Shown in pieces: positions 53,508 to 64,000 of a stretch of DNA of 64,000 bases. Origin of the DNA: Anaeroplasmataceae bacterium (GTDB lineage: Bacteria; Bacillota_I; Bacilli_A; Acholeplasmatales; Anaeroplasmataceae); NCBI GenBank assembly GCA_029057785.1, contig JAIDZC010000021.1, positions 5,209-69,208 of the forward strand. Reading direction: 5' to 3'. The position numbers and the translations under genes were made by a program. Numbering within the stretch: the first letter of the stretch is position 1; every line of letters begins with the position of its first letter. The notes beneath the pieces are model-generated. The model was not told where the DNA came from. It did no database searches and saw only the letters and a list, made by a program, of their open reading frames with translations.

Positions 53508-55592
53508 CTATACCTCACCTAAATTATAGTCGTTTAGGAACATAAAATCAACCCTTTGTGTGGCTCTATCCGCATGAATTACGATAACTTCAACCTCATC
53601 TCCAAGCCTGTAGGTAGTTTTTCCATTTGTATAAGAATGATTTTCTTCATCATAGGAAAAATATCTACTCATAGAGTCAAGACTTACAAGTCCTTCCACT
53701 CCATTATCTAAGGTTACAAATAAGCCAAATGAGGTAAGAGAGGTAATGACACCTGTGAAAGTAGAGTTGATGTGCTTTTCCATATACCAAGCATATAGCA
53801 TATCATTCACTTCACGTTCACAATCAATACTACTTCTTTCACTTTTAGAGTTTTTTAACGCAATATCTGACAGGACTTGATTGAAATGATTTATATCCTC
53901 TTCTAATTTTTTTGGATGAAGCAAGACCTGTTTAATTATACGATGAACCATCAAATCAGGATATCTTCTGATAGGGGAAGTGAAATGACAATAATATTGC
54001 ATTGCAAGACCATAATGCCCTAAACAGCTATCAGAGTATCTAGCCTTCATCATACTTCTTAAAACAAGGTTATGATAAATTTCCTTATGGGGAAGTTCTT
54101 CCATATTTCTTATAATTTTTTGAAGGTCAAGAGAGCTAATTTTCTTCTTGTTAAATTGAGTTTCTATTCCCATAGTATTTAATTCTTGAAAGGTTTCTAA
54201 TAGCTTATCTTGATCTGGCTTTTCATGGACACGATACATACAAGGAAGATTCATAATATTCATATGATAAGCGACTGTCTCATTGGCCATCAACATGAAA
54301 TCTTCGATTAGAAGTTCAGCCTCATCTCTTTCGATTGGAAAAATTTTTATTGGCTCTCCCTGTTCGTTTAATTTGAATTTGTATTCTTTAATCTCAAAAT
54401 CTAAAGCGCCCTTTTTCATTCTTTTTCTTCTAATGATTTTAGAAAGCTCTAAAGAAGTCTTGAGTGGGTCAATTAAATCTGGATAAAGTGCTTCAATTTC
54501 TTTGTTTCCTTTTAGGATTTCATTGACATTTTTATAGGTCATTCTGTGGTTAGAGCGTATCACTCCCTCTACAATTTCATAGTCAATGAGATTTCCTTCC
54601 TTAGATATACGCATTAAACAGGCTAAAACCAAGCGGTCCACACCTTCATTTAAAGAACAGATTCCATTAGAAAGCTTATGAGGAAGCATAGGAATAACTC
54701 GATCCGCAAGATAAACTGAGGTACCTCTTTTTAAGGATTCCTTATCAAGAGAGCTTCCCTCCTTCACATAATGAGATACATCTGCAATATATACTCCTAA
54801 ATCATAGCTTCCATCTTCATTTTTATCTACAGAGATGGCATCATCAAAGTCTTTAGAATCCTCCCCATCAATGGTGATGACAAGTTGATTTCTAAAATCT
54901 CTTCTATCTTTATATTCCTCTTCTTCTACATAGTCTTTTATCTCATGAATTTCATCATAGACCTCTTTAGGAAATTCTAGCTGAAAGCCAAAGTTTAAGG
55001 CAATCTCGCTAATCTCAATACCTGGATCATCCTTATGACCAATGATTTCTAAAACCTCTGCCTCAATGGCGGTTCCGACATAGGAAAGCTTTCCATAGAC
55101 TACCATATCCTCTTCAAGGTTAGGAACTTCTTTTTTTACAATAGCTTTGATTGGAAATCTTGGATTAGAAGAATAAATAAAGGATTTAGGCTTTCCTTTT
55201 TTCATTCTCCTTTTGAAATGTCCAATAATGAATTCATGACTTCTTTTTACTACCTTGATAATGGCACCATTACAAAGTCTATGGCCACTAAAATAAGGGT
55301 AAAATAAAACAGTATCTCCATCATAGATGTTATTTAGAAAATCTTCTTTGACAAAATAGTCAGCTTCTTCTCCCTCAACAGTAATAAATCCATATCCTGC
55401 ATTTTTTATTGTGACTATACCACTCATTATGAAGCCATAATATCTTGTTCCTTTTGGATGATAAAGTATGTCGGCTTCTACTAATTCCTGTAGAATTAGG
55501 ATCAATTTTTTCTTTGAAATGTTAGAAAGAGACTGAATTTCATCGAATTCTGTAATTCCCTGCTTGATTAAATTGAGTATTTTTTCTTCCAT
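53508..55592 (-). CDS. rnr: ribonuclease R
   Basis: 694 aa. RNB catalytic domain (IDGEDSKDFDDA), cold-shock-like regions and a C-terminal S1 domain. Conserved rnr-smpB-ssrA order. Confidence 0.95.
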   Translation of the reverse strand: MEEKILNLIKQGITEFDEIQSLSNISKKKLILILQELVEADILYHPKGTRYYGFIMSGIVTIKNAGYGFITVEGEEADYFVKEDFLNNIYDGDTVLFYPYFSGHRLCNGAIIKVVKRSHEFIIGHFKRRMKKGKPKSFIYSSNPRFPIKAIVKKEVPNLEEDMVVYGKLSYVGTAIEAEVLEIIGHKDDPGIEISEIALNFGFQLEFPKEVYDEIHEIKDYVEEEEYKDRRDFRNQLVITIDGEDSKDFDDAISVDKNEDGSYDLGVYIADVSHYVKEGSSLDKESLKRGTSVYLADRVIPMLPHKLSNGICSLNEGVDRLVLACLMRISKEGNLIDYEIVEGVIRSNHRMTYKNVNEILKGNKEIEALYPDLIDPLKTSLELSKIIRRKRMKKGALDFEIKEYKFKLNEQGEPIKIFPIERDEAELLIEDFMLMANETVAYHMNIMNLPCMYRVHEKPDQDKLLETFQELNTMGIETQFNKKKISSLDLQKIIRNMEELPHKEIYHNLVLRSMMKARYSDSCLGHYGLAMQYYCHFTSPIRRYPDLMVHRIIKQVLLHPKKLEEDINHFNQVLSDIALKNSKSERSSIDCEREVNDMLYAWYMEKHINSTFTGVITSLTSFGLFVTLDNGVEGLVSLDSMSRYFSYDEENHSYTNGKTTYRLGDEVEVIVIHADRATQRVDFMFLNDYNLGEV

Positions 55593-55640
55593 ACTTCATC
55601 ACCTCCTTTGTAGGAAAAAAAAGAGATTTCTTTCGAAATC

Positions 55641-55877
55641 TCAAGCTTGATGTAAGGCAACAGATGCAATAACAGATGCAACAAACAAAGCACCTAGAAC
55701 AATTGTTGTTCTTTGTAGTACTAATTCAAGTCCACGAGCCTTTTGATTTTTAAATAACTCTGACTTGCTACCATTGAAGGCATCATTTATATCATCTTTA
55801 GAATCTTGCATCATCACGATAGCAATTAAAGCGATTGATAAAACCAATACAACATAATCTATCCATAACATAGGCAT
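55641..55877 (-). CDS. secG: preprotein translocase subunit SecG
   Basis: ~78 aa with two TM helices and a typical MMQDSKDD..GS loop. AAGGAG SD before ATG 55877. Confidence 0.85.
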   Translation of the reverse strand: MPMLWIDYVVLVLSIALIAIVMMQDSKDDINDAFNGSKSELFKNQKARGLELVLQRTTIVLGALFVASVIASVALHQA

Positions 55878-55945
55878 AAATCTCCTTATATTTATCTTAA
55901 AACTTCTTAACAATTATATCATTAAGTTATCTTGTTTTCAACAAC

Positions 55946-57244
55946 TTATTTAATTATTTTTAAAATTAATTTTGAATCTACTAACGTTTTACTAATTTGA
56001 TAAGCACTTCTTAGAAGCTTTTTGGTCTCTTCTACATCAGCTTTATTAGAATGTAGTGTAGCTAAAATGTCTCCTTTACATACCTTATCATTTACCTTTT
56101 TCGCTAAAACTATACCCACACTATGGTCGATACTATCTCCAATTTTACTACGACCAGCACCCAACATCATAGCTGCATTACCAATAGCAAGAGCATCAAT
56201 GTGAGTCACATAGCCATCCTCTTCTGCAACAACCTCAGTTATATACTTGGCAGCCTTAAATTTTTGAGGAGAATAGATGTAGCTTGAATCTCCGCCTTGA
56301 GCCTCTACAAGCTTAGCTAAGGTATTTAAGCCTTCTTTATTATCAATTTGTTTTTGAAGAAGTGCTTTAGCCTCTTCAATTGTATTTACAAGCTTAGCAG
56401 CTAGTACTAAATGTGATGCTACCTCTAGGCATAATTCTGTGAAATCCTTAGGGCCTTTTCCATTTAAAGTATTTATGGCTTCAATCACCTCTAAAGAATT
56501 TCCAACTGCAAGTCCTAATGGCTCATCCATATTCGTTAGGATGGCAGTCATATCTTTTCCACAATTTTTACCGATATTAACCATTAGGGTTGCAAGCTTT
56601 GTTGCATCCTCTACATTCTTCATAAATGCACCACTACCTACTTTTACATCTAGACAGATAGCATCAGCACCACTGGCAAGCTTTTTACTCATAATAGAGG
56701 AAGCAATTAAAGGAATAGACTCAACAGTACCCGTAACATCTCTTAAAGCATAAAGCTTTTTATCTGCAGGAGCTAGTTCTCCTGTTTGTCCTACAAGAGC
56801 GATACCAATTTCATTTACTTGCTTGATAAAATTCTCCTCACTCATATTAATATCATAGCCAGGAATAGCCTCTAGCTTATCCAAAGTACCACCAGTATGA
56901 CCTAAGCCTCTTCCACTCATCTTAGCAAATTTAATTCCTAAGGATGCAACAAGAGGTCCTACAACTAAAGAGGTCTTATCTCCAACTCCACCTGTAGAAT
57001 GCTTATCCACTTTAATTCCTTTTATAGCACTTAAGTCTAAAACATCTCCACTATGTAAAATACTTTCTGTTAAGTAAGTGGCTTCTAAGTCTGTCATTCC
57101 TCTAAAATAAATAGCCATTGTTAGGGCAGAAGCCTGATAAGTATCTATTGTACCTGCTGTGAATCCTTCTATAAAAAATTGAATTTCTTCTTTGGATAAC
57201 TCAAAGCCATCTCTTTTTTTTATAATTATATCTACTGCACGCAT
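55946..57244 (-). CDS. pdp: pyrimidine-nucleoside phosphorylase
   Basis: 432 aa. DKHSTGGVGDKTS and GRGLGHTGGTLDKLE motifs. Confidence 0.93.
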   Translation of the reverse strand: MRAVDIIIKKRDGFELSKEEIQFFIEGFTAGTIDTYQASALTMAIYFRGMTDLEATYLTESILHSGDVLDLSAIKGIKVDKHSTGGVGDKTSLVVGPLVASLGIKFAKMSGRGLGHTGGTLDKLEAIPGYDINMSEENFIKQVNEIGIALVGQTGELAPADKKLYALRDVTGTVESIPLIASSIMSKKLASGADAICLDVKVGSGAFMKNVEDATKLATLMVNIGKNCGKDMTAILTNMDEPLGLAVGNSLEVIEAINTLNGKGPKDFTELCLEVASHLVLAAKLVNTIEEAKALLQKQIDNKEGLNTLAKLVEAQGGDSSYIYSPQKFKAAKYITEVVAEEDGYVTHIDALAIGNAAMMLGAGRSKIGDSIDHSVGIVLAKKVNDKVCKGDILATLHSNKADVEETKKLLRSAYQISKTLVDSKLILKIIK

Positions 57245-57315
57245 ATTTAAAACTCCTTTGTATCGTATTTGTATACATGTATTGTATCATTTTTTAAAGA
57301 AAAAGAAAAGAGGAA

Positions 57316-58128
57316 TTATAGCATATTATAATAGCCTAAAATGCAAAAATTGCACTCTTCTTTTGCTTCAATTTCTAGTTGTAAAGCTTCTAAGGAAGCC
57401 AGGTCTTTTTGATTTAGCCTAAATTCAATGTAGAATATATATTTTCCGATGATATCTTTTCTAGGACGGGAAAGAATTGCACTTAAATTAATTCCATGGT
57501 CATTAAAGCTTTTTAATATGGAATATAGGACACCAGGTTGATCTAATTTAGGTGTAATAACAACAGAGCAGCACAAATTACTATCTTCATGAATTTGAGG
57601 AGGCATTTTAGATAGCAAAACAAAACGCGTTTCATCTTTAATTTCTCCGATAATGCTTCTATAGACACAAGGAAATTCCTCTAGAGAAATATGACTTGGA
57701 AGAATTGCTCCTATATTCCTTCTTTCCTTCTTTTTTAAAAGTTCTAAGCTTTCCATATTAGATTGAGTAATAATAGGAGTCAAATTGTGCTTTAAAATAA
57801 AATCCTGACACTGTCCATAGGCTTTAAACTGAACATAGACCTCTTTGATTTCTTCTATATTTTCTAAATAGCTTGCAAAGTTAAAATTTACATCAAGCTT
57901 CACTTGCTTGTGAATAGATGCCTTAGTCTTGATAATACCATCCAAGCTTTCCATCACAAATCCATCTAATGTATTTTCAAAAGGAACTAAAGCATCTGTT
58001 TCATTATCTATATGGTGAATAACCTCTAAAATATTAGGAAAGTATTCAATTTGATAGTTGCTTTTCAACTTTAAAGCTGCCTTATCAGAATAGGTTCCCT
58101 TAGGACCTAAAACTGCTAGTTTCTTCAT
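57316..58128 (-). CDS. pheA: prephenate dehydratase
   Basis: GPKGTYS N-terminus, ETRFVLL (TRF motif), and a C-terminal ACT domain (LSRP). Confidence 0.88.
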   Translation of the reverse strand: MKKLAVLGPKGTYSDKAALKLKSNYQIEYFPNILEVIHHIDNETDALVPFENTLDGFVMESLDGIIKTKASIHKQVKLDVNFNFASYLENIEEIKEVYVQFKAYGQCQDFILKHNLTPIITQSNMESLELLKKKERRNIGAILPSHISLEEFPCVYRSIIGEIKDETRFVLLSKMPPQIHEDSNLCCSVVITPKLDQPGVLYSILKSFNDHGINLSAILSRPRKDIIGKYIFYIEFRLNQKDLASLEALQLEIEAKEECNFCILGYYNML

Positions 58129-58814
58129 TTTTTCACCTCATAGATTGGACTCATAAGATAGGTATTATTTGAATCAAAAAGATATACACTTTTCTTGTTG
58201 TCTTGTTTAAATATTATAGGAGAACCTTGAAATAAAATAGCCGTATCATCTTCTATTGCATACCCATCATAGGGATAATTCTTTACTTCCTCGTTATAAC
58301 AGTCTAATCCATTATGATCATAGTGTGGGCAGATGGTAATAGGAAGAATTCCTAATCCTTCTACCATTTGATAATTATAATTATGACCTTTGTCCTTATA
58401 GCTATAACGATCTCCCATTCCAAATTTAGAAAATAGGATGGCTCCTGCAGAAATCCCAATGAACAGCTTTTCTGTATCCTTGTATGCTTCAAGTATATGA
58501 TCTATTTTATATTCTCTTACTAACCGAACTAATTCTTCTGCACAGCCACCACTAAAATAGATGACATCTGAATTGTGAATAGCTAGTGCAACATCTATTT
58601 TATCTTGAAAGTTAGTTAAGCAGTCTACAGTATAGTTCTTTGGCACCAAAGCCTTAAATTTCCGGATAGCATCATCCATTTTAGGATAAGCAGCTAATGG
58701 AATAAAAAGAATTTGATTAGGTCTTATATTGAGGTGGGAAAATATTTTTTCCTCTAAAGTAAAGTCGGTTAGATGTGGAATGCTTCTTCCTCCGATTAAA
58801 GCATAATGTGCCAT
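58125..58814 (-). CDS. peptidase S51 (dipeptidase E-like) family protein
   Basis: IYFSGG and nucleophile block GISAGAIL, 229 aa. Confidence 0.75.
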   Translation of the reverse strand: MAHYALIGGRSIPHLTDFTLEEKIFSHLNIRPNQILFIPLAAYPKMDDAIRKFKALVPKNYTVDCLTNFQDKIDVALAIHNSDVIYFSGGCAEELVRLVREYKIDHILEAYKDTEKLFIGISAGAILFSKFGMGDRYSYKDKGHNYNYQMVEGLGILPITICPHYDHNGLDCYNEEVKNYPYDGYAIEDDTAILFQGSPIIFKQDNKKSVYLFDSNNTYLMSPIYEVKK

Positions 58815-58818
58815 AACC

Positions 58819-59457
58819 TCACCTTCTTTTTCTTGCCTCTAAGCGATAGATTGGTCCTAGCTTTGACCATTTTTCTTCAAATTCAGTTTCTATATTAAAT
58901 ATATCCTCATCCTTATGTAAATCTAAGGAAATATTAGAAATTAGCCAATTATTCTCATTAAAGGATTCCAAAGAAAATTCAAAAAGTTTCCTATTATCTG
59001 TTTTTTGATAGATTGCACCATCGTTAGTTAAAATTTCTTCATAGCTTTCTAAAAAGCTTTTATAGGTAAGTCTTCTTTTCTTATGAGCAGACTTTGGCCA
59101 GGGATCTGAAAAATTGATATAGATTAGGGAGACTTCATTTTTGGCGAAGACATCTAATATATGATTGGCATCTAAAAGGATGAGTTTAAGATTCGAAATC
59201 TCTACCTCTTCAAGCTTTTCAGATGCACGCAATAAAACAGAGTCATATTTTTCTATAGCGATATAGTTTATATCAGGATTAAGGCTAGCAAATTGAGTAA
59301 TAAATTGACCTTTTCCACAGCCAATTTCGATATGAATCGGGTTATGATTTTGAAATACTTCTTTCCATTTGCCTTTATGGTCTATGGGATTGTCTATAAA
59401 ATATTTCTTATTTTCTTTTAAGCGCTCATAGGCATGTTTTACTTTTCTTAATCGCAT
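58819..59457 (-). CDS. trmB: tRNA (guanine46-N7)-methyltransferase
   Basis: EIGCGKGQF SAM motif and NFSDPWPK block. Confidence 0.92.
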   Translation of the reverse strand: MRLRKVKHAYERLKENKKYFIDNPIDHKGKWKEVFQNHNPIHIEIGCGKGQFITQFASLNPDINYIAIEKYDSVLLRASEKLEEVEISNLKLILLDANHILDVFAKNEVSLIYINFSDPWPKSAHKKRRLTYKSFLESYEEILTNDGAIYQKTDNRKLFEFSLESFNENNWLISNISLDLHKDEDIFNIETEFEEKWSKLGPIYRLEARKRR

Positions 59458-59459
59458 AC

Positions 59460-60806
59460 TTATTTTGTAAGCTCATAAATTGCCTTTGCATAAATTAGAA
59501 TGGCATTTTTGAAATCCTCTAATAGCATATATTCATCAGCAATATGGCATACATCCTCTCTTCCTGGCATAAGTGGTCCATAGGCAACACCATTTTCAAT
59601 AAATTTGGCATATGTACCACCACCAATTGTGATTGGTTCTGCAGTAGTATCTTTTGTTACTTCTTTATAAACATTCATAAGAGTAGTTACTAAAAAACTA
59701 TTTGGGTCAACATAATGGAAACCACCAAAGCCTAGAACATTTGTTTTTAAATTCGCTTGCTTAGCAGCTTCTTTAATTTTTTCCTTCATTACACTTTCAT
59801 GTTCTTTTCTAGGAACACGAGAATCTATACCGATTAAAACAGAACCATCTTTAATTTGAACCAAGCCAACGTTACTTGTAAGCTCCTTCATTTCCTCATC
59901 ATATAAATCATAACCAAGCTTTTTTCCAAATGGATCAAAAGTTAAATATTTCACAAAAAAGTTAGATAAGGTTGAAGGTGCAGCCTCATTTAAAAATTCA
60001 AATAAAATAAAGCTTGCGTTTAAACCATTTTGAGGAACCATCGCATGAGAGCCTTTGCCATAAGCGTAATAGGTATCCTTCTCTACCATACCCTCATAGT
60101 GATTTCTTTCTAAGAATTCAAGATATTCCTTCTTTAAATTTTTAGAGAGCTTCATAGAAGCAAGTGCTGGAACAACATTATATCTCGTACCGCTGTTAAA
60201 CTCTGTTATAATTTCAGAATCATCTAGGCTTCCTTCAAAGTTGAAGGTCATATGAGCCTTTTCTCCATATATTAATGGGAAATCGGCATCAGGGGAAAAG
60301 CCTAAATCTGGAACAGGATTTTTCTTGAAATAATGAGCAAGACATCTAGAACCAGATTCCTCATCACAGCCCATAATCAATCTTACCTTTTTCTTTGGGG
60401 TAAATCCTTGGTCTTTTAGAAGCTTCATAGCTAAATAGGAGGCAACTAAAGGTCCCTTATCATCCATAGTGCCTCTTCCAAAGAGTTTGTTATCAGAGAT
60501 ATTTAAAACAAACGGATTTGTTTTCCAAGTTTGTCCATCCACAGGAACAACATCAAGGTGAGCAAGAATACCTAAAAGCTCTTTCCCTTTTCCAAATTCA
60601 ATATGCCCAGCATAGTTTTTGTCATTTAACGTATCAAAACCATCCTTTTTTGCATATTCTAAAATAAACTTTAAAGCGTGCTTATTTTCTTCTCCAAAAG
60701 GAGCGTCAGTTTTTGGTTCATACTTCTCTAAAACCGTTTTATAAGAGATGAGCTTAGATAGTAACAATAAGCCCTCATCTACATAATCTTCAACATGAAA
60801 TTCCAT
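59460..60806 (-). CDS. pepV: M20-family dipeptidase (PepV/Sapep-like)
   Basis: HLDVVP, GRGTMDDKGP and CDEESG metal-site blocks, 448 aa. Confidence 0.88.
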   Translation of the reverse strand: MEFHVEDYVDEGLLLLSKLISYKTVLEKYEPKTDAPFGEENKHALKFILEYAKKDGFDTLNDKNYAGHIEFGKGKELLGILAHLDVVPVDGQTWKTNPFVLNISDNKLFGRGTMDDKGPLVASYLAMKLLKDQGFTPKKKVRLIMGCDEESGSRCLAHYFKKNPVPDLGFSPDADFPLIYGEKAHMTFNFEGSLDDSEIITEFNSGTRYNVVPALASMKLSKNLKKEYLEFLERNHYEGMVEKDTYYAYGKGSHAMVPQNGLNASFILFEFLNEAAPSTLSNFFVKYLTFDPFGKKLGYDLYDEEMKELTSNVGLVQIKDGSVLIGIDSRVPRKEHESVMKEKIKEAAKQANLKTNVLGFGGFHYVDPNSFLVTTLMNVYKEVTKDTTAEPITIGGGTYAKFIENGVAYGPLMPGREDVCHIADEYMLLEDFKNAILIYAKAIYELTK

Positions 60807-60903
60807 AATCTATCCTTTCTTGAAACGCGAAAAAGGATTAAAATAATCCTTTTAAAGTTCCATAGTTAAATTTTTTTTAATTGCAGATCGCTTCATCAAC
60901 AAA

Positions 60904-61263
60904 TTATTCGCTCTTTGGTAGTGCTAAAATAGAGGAACAAATGGCATCACTATCATAATTGAATAGCATTTTGATCGTTTGATTTGTGATAAATACACCT
61001 GCCGTAGATTGTTTTTTTAATTCTTCTAAATCTACTACTTCTAAATCTTCTACTTCAAAATGAACTCTACCATTAATTGTTTTTACATCAATAATATTAT
61101 TTCTTTTGCCTAAAGCCTCTACTAAATGCTCTATAAATTCCTCATTCACTTTGATTTTTGGTTGTTTTTTCTTTAATAAAATAACTATAATGAAAGCCAT
61201 AAGGGCTAAACAAACAACACAAATAGATATAATGATAGGTAATGCTGTTGCTAAAATATACAT
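60904..61263 (-). CDS. membrane-anchored PTS-EIIB(Glc)-like domain protein lacking the catalytic Cys
   Basis: AAGGAG SD before ATG 61263. N-terminal TM helix, then ALGKRNNIIDVKTINGRVHFEVED, which aligns with the EIIB consensus aLGGkeNI..v..CaTRLR..v.D. Cys-Ala-Thr-Arg is replaced by Ile-Asn-Gly-Arg. Confidence 0.5.
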   Translation of the reverse strand: MYILATALPIIISICVVCLALMAFIIVILLKKKQPKIKVNEEFIEHLVEALGKRNNIIDVKTINGRVHFEVEDLEVVDLEELKKQSTAGVFITNQTIKMLFNYDSDAICSSILALPKSE

Positions 61264-61394
61264 ACTATACAACTCCTTTGTTTTATTATAAATCTTTTTT
61301 TTGATTGAAACAATCTTTTTTCTTAAGAATATTGGCGTTTGTCTAAGCAATTTTCTACCTAGTATCATACTTTATGATAGGAGGTGAATTCATA

Positions 61395-61808
61395 ATGCCA
61401 ATTGAAACTGTAAATGACTGCCTAGATTGTAACTACATTAGAGAAACAGTAGCCAGAATTGATAAGCTACAAAAGGAGGTTATTACTGTAGGTGAAAATC
61501 GTTGTATCAGCTGTGACACATCTTTATTCAATCCTGCAAATAATACAATTCCTGTAGCCTTATACAGTGAATGTGGAACCTTATTTACTGGTTTAACCGA
61601 TGTAACAGGAACGACAACATCCTTCTTTAGAATTGAATCAATTCGCTGTGGAAGATTTGTTACTCTTAGATTATTAACTGAAGATGGTGGAACATTAACT
61701 GCAACTCTTAGAACAATGATTCTTGATTTAGATAATGTTAAGGGAATTCAGTGCTTTGAACCAATCACAGTAGAGTTATGTACTTCCTCTGTTACTCCAC
61801 AGGCTTAA
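61395..61808 (+). CDS. CotY/CotZ-family spore coat/exosporium-like protein
   Basis: TAGGAGGTG SD before ATG 61395. Cys pattern CLDC...CISC, and FFRIESIRCGRFVTLRLL resembles the CotZ motif (FFRVE....C.TLR.L). Confidence 0.65.
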   Translation: MPIETVNDCLDCNYIRETVARIDKLQKEVITVGENRCISCDTSLFNPANNTIPVALYSECGTLFTGLTDVTGTTTSFFRIESIRCGRFVTLRLLTEDGGTLTATLRTMILDLDNVKGIQCFEPITVELCTSSVTPQA

Positions 61809-61810
61809 GC

Positions 61811-63437
<1,627 letters not shown>

Positions 63438-63452
63438 ATAAAAACCTTCTTT

Positions 63453-64000
63453 CTATTCTATGAACATCGCATCTCCAAAGGAGAAAAAACGATAGTTTTC
63501 TTTAACTGCCTCATTATACGCCTTTAAGATAAATTCTCTTCCAGCAAGTGCACTTACAAGCATAATAAGCGTAGATTTGGGTAAATGAAAATTTGTAATT
63601 TGGGCATCAATTGCCTTAAATTTATACCCTGGATAAATAAATATTTTTGTAGATGCACAACATTCTTTAAATCCATCTGCATAGGCTGACTCTAAAGTTC
63701 TTGTTGAAGTGGTTCCAACAGCAATGATTCTTTTATGTGAAGCCTTTGCTTTATTTAAAGCCTCTGCGGCTTCTTTAGATATCTCGTAGTATTCCTCATG
63801 CATTACATGATTTGTCAAATCATCTTCCTCTACAGGTCTAAAGGTTCCTAGACCAACATGAAGTGTAATAAAGATAAGCTCTACTCCTTTAGCCTTAAGC
63901 TTTTCTAGAATTTCATTTGTGAAATGCAAGCCTGCAGTCGGTGCTGCAGCAGATCCAGGATGTTTTGCATAGACGGTTTGATATCTATTTGGATCTTCTA
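63453..64000 (-). CDS. queA: S-adenosylmethionine:tRNA ribosyltransferase-isomerase (partial; N-terminus beyond window end)
   Basis: The reading frame stays open to position 64000 and encodes ..[11 protein letters not shown].. upstream of the track ORF. The C-terminal SFGDAMFI is typical of QueA. Confidence 0.93.
   Translation of the reverse strand, partial: EDPNRYQTVYAKHPGSAAAPTAGLHFTNEILEKLKAKGVELIFITLHVGLGTFRPVEEDDLTNHVMHEEYYEISKEAAEALNKAKASHKRIIAVGTTSTRTLESAYADGFKECCASTKIFIYPGYKFKAIDAQITNFHLPKSTLIMLVSALAGREFILKAYNEAVKENYRFFSFGDAMFIE

Overview
This is a low-GC Firmicutes chromosome segment from an endospore former. It carries spoIVA, spoIIAA/spoIIAB, spoVAC/AD/AE and a CotZ-like coat gene, and I cannot assign a genus from sequence alone. 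About 85% of it is ordinary housekeeping: truB-ribF-rpsO-pnp, RNase P RNA, lepA, a TPP riboswitch with thiT, mscL, hemW, xerD, deoB, infC-rpmI-rplT, rimP-nusA-ylxR-ylxQ-infB-rbfA, tmRNA-smpB-rnr-secG, pdp, pheA, trmB, pepV, tgt and queA.

The strongest structural signal is a 28-bp dif site at 17937-17964. It sits in an 880-bp gene-free AT-rich spacer where coding polarity flips: 16 of 18 CDS to the left are on +, and 49 of 54 to the right are on -. The window therefore spans the replication terminus. The canonical nusA-infB-rbfA / truB-pnp supra-operon is split across this point in a way one terminus-centred inversion would explain.

I found no CRISPR array, reverse transcriptase, transposase, phage module or recognisable defence system. 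The candidates for uncharacterised biology are:
- a translationally coupled 4-gene envelope/ABC-2 operon (34538-37349);
- a secreted HExxH protease with a PPC domain and a zinc-ribbon-like tail, plus two tandem mosaic paralogues, next to the 3' end of ssrA (47569-52383);
- a stand-alone ~100-nt structured RNA unit antisense to the 3' end of an orphan ORF (9338-9480);
- a Fic-like gene with a degenerate active site beside dif;
- a spoIIA operon that lacks sigF in its usual third position;
- several odd small proteins.

All functional calls rest on motif recognition by eye, with no database search, so hypothetical-protein interpretations are inference.
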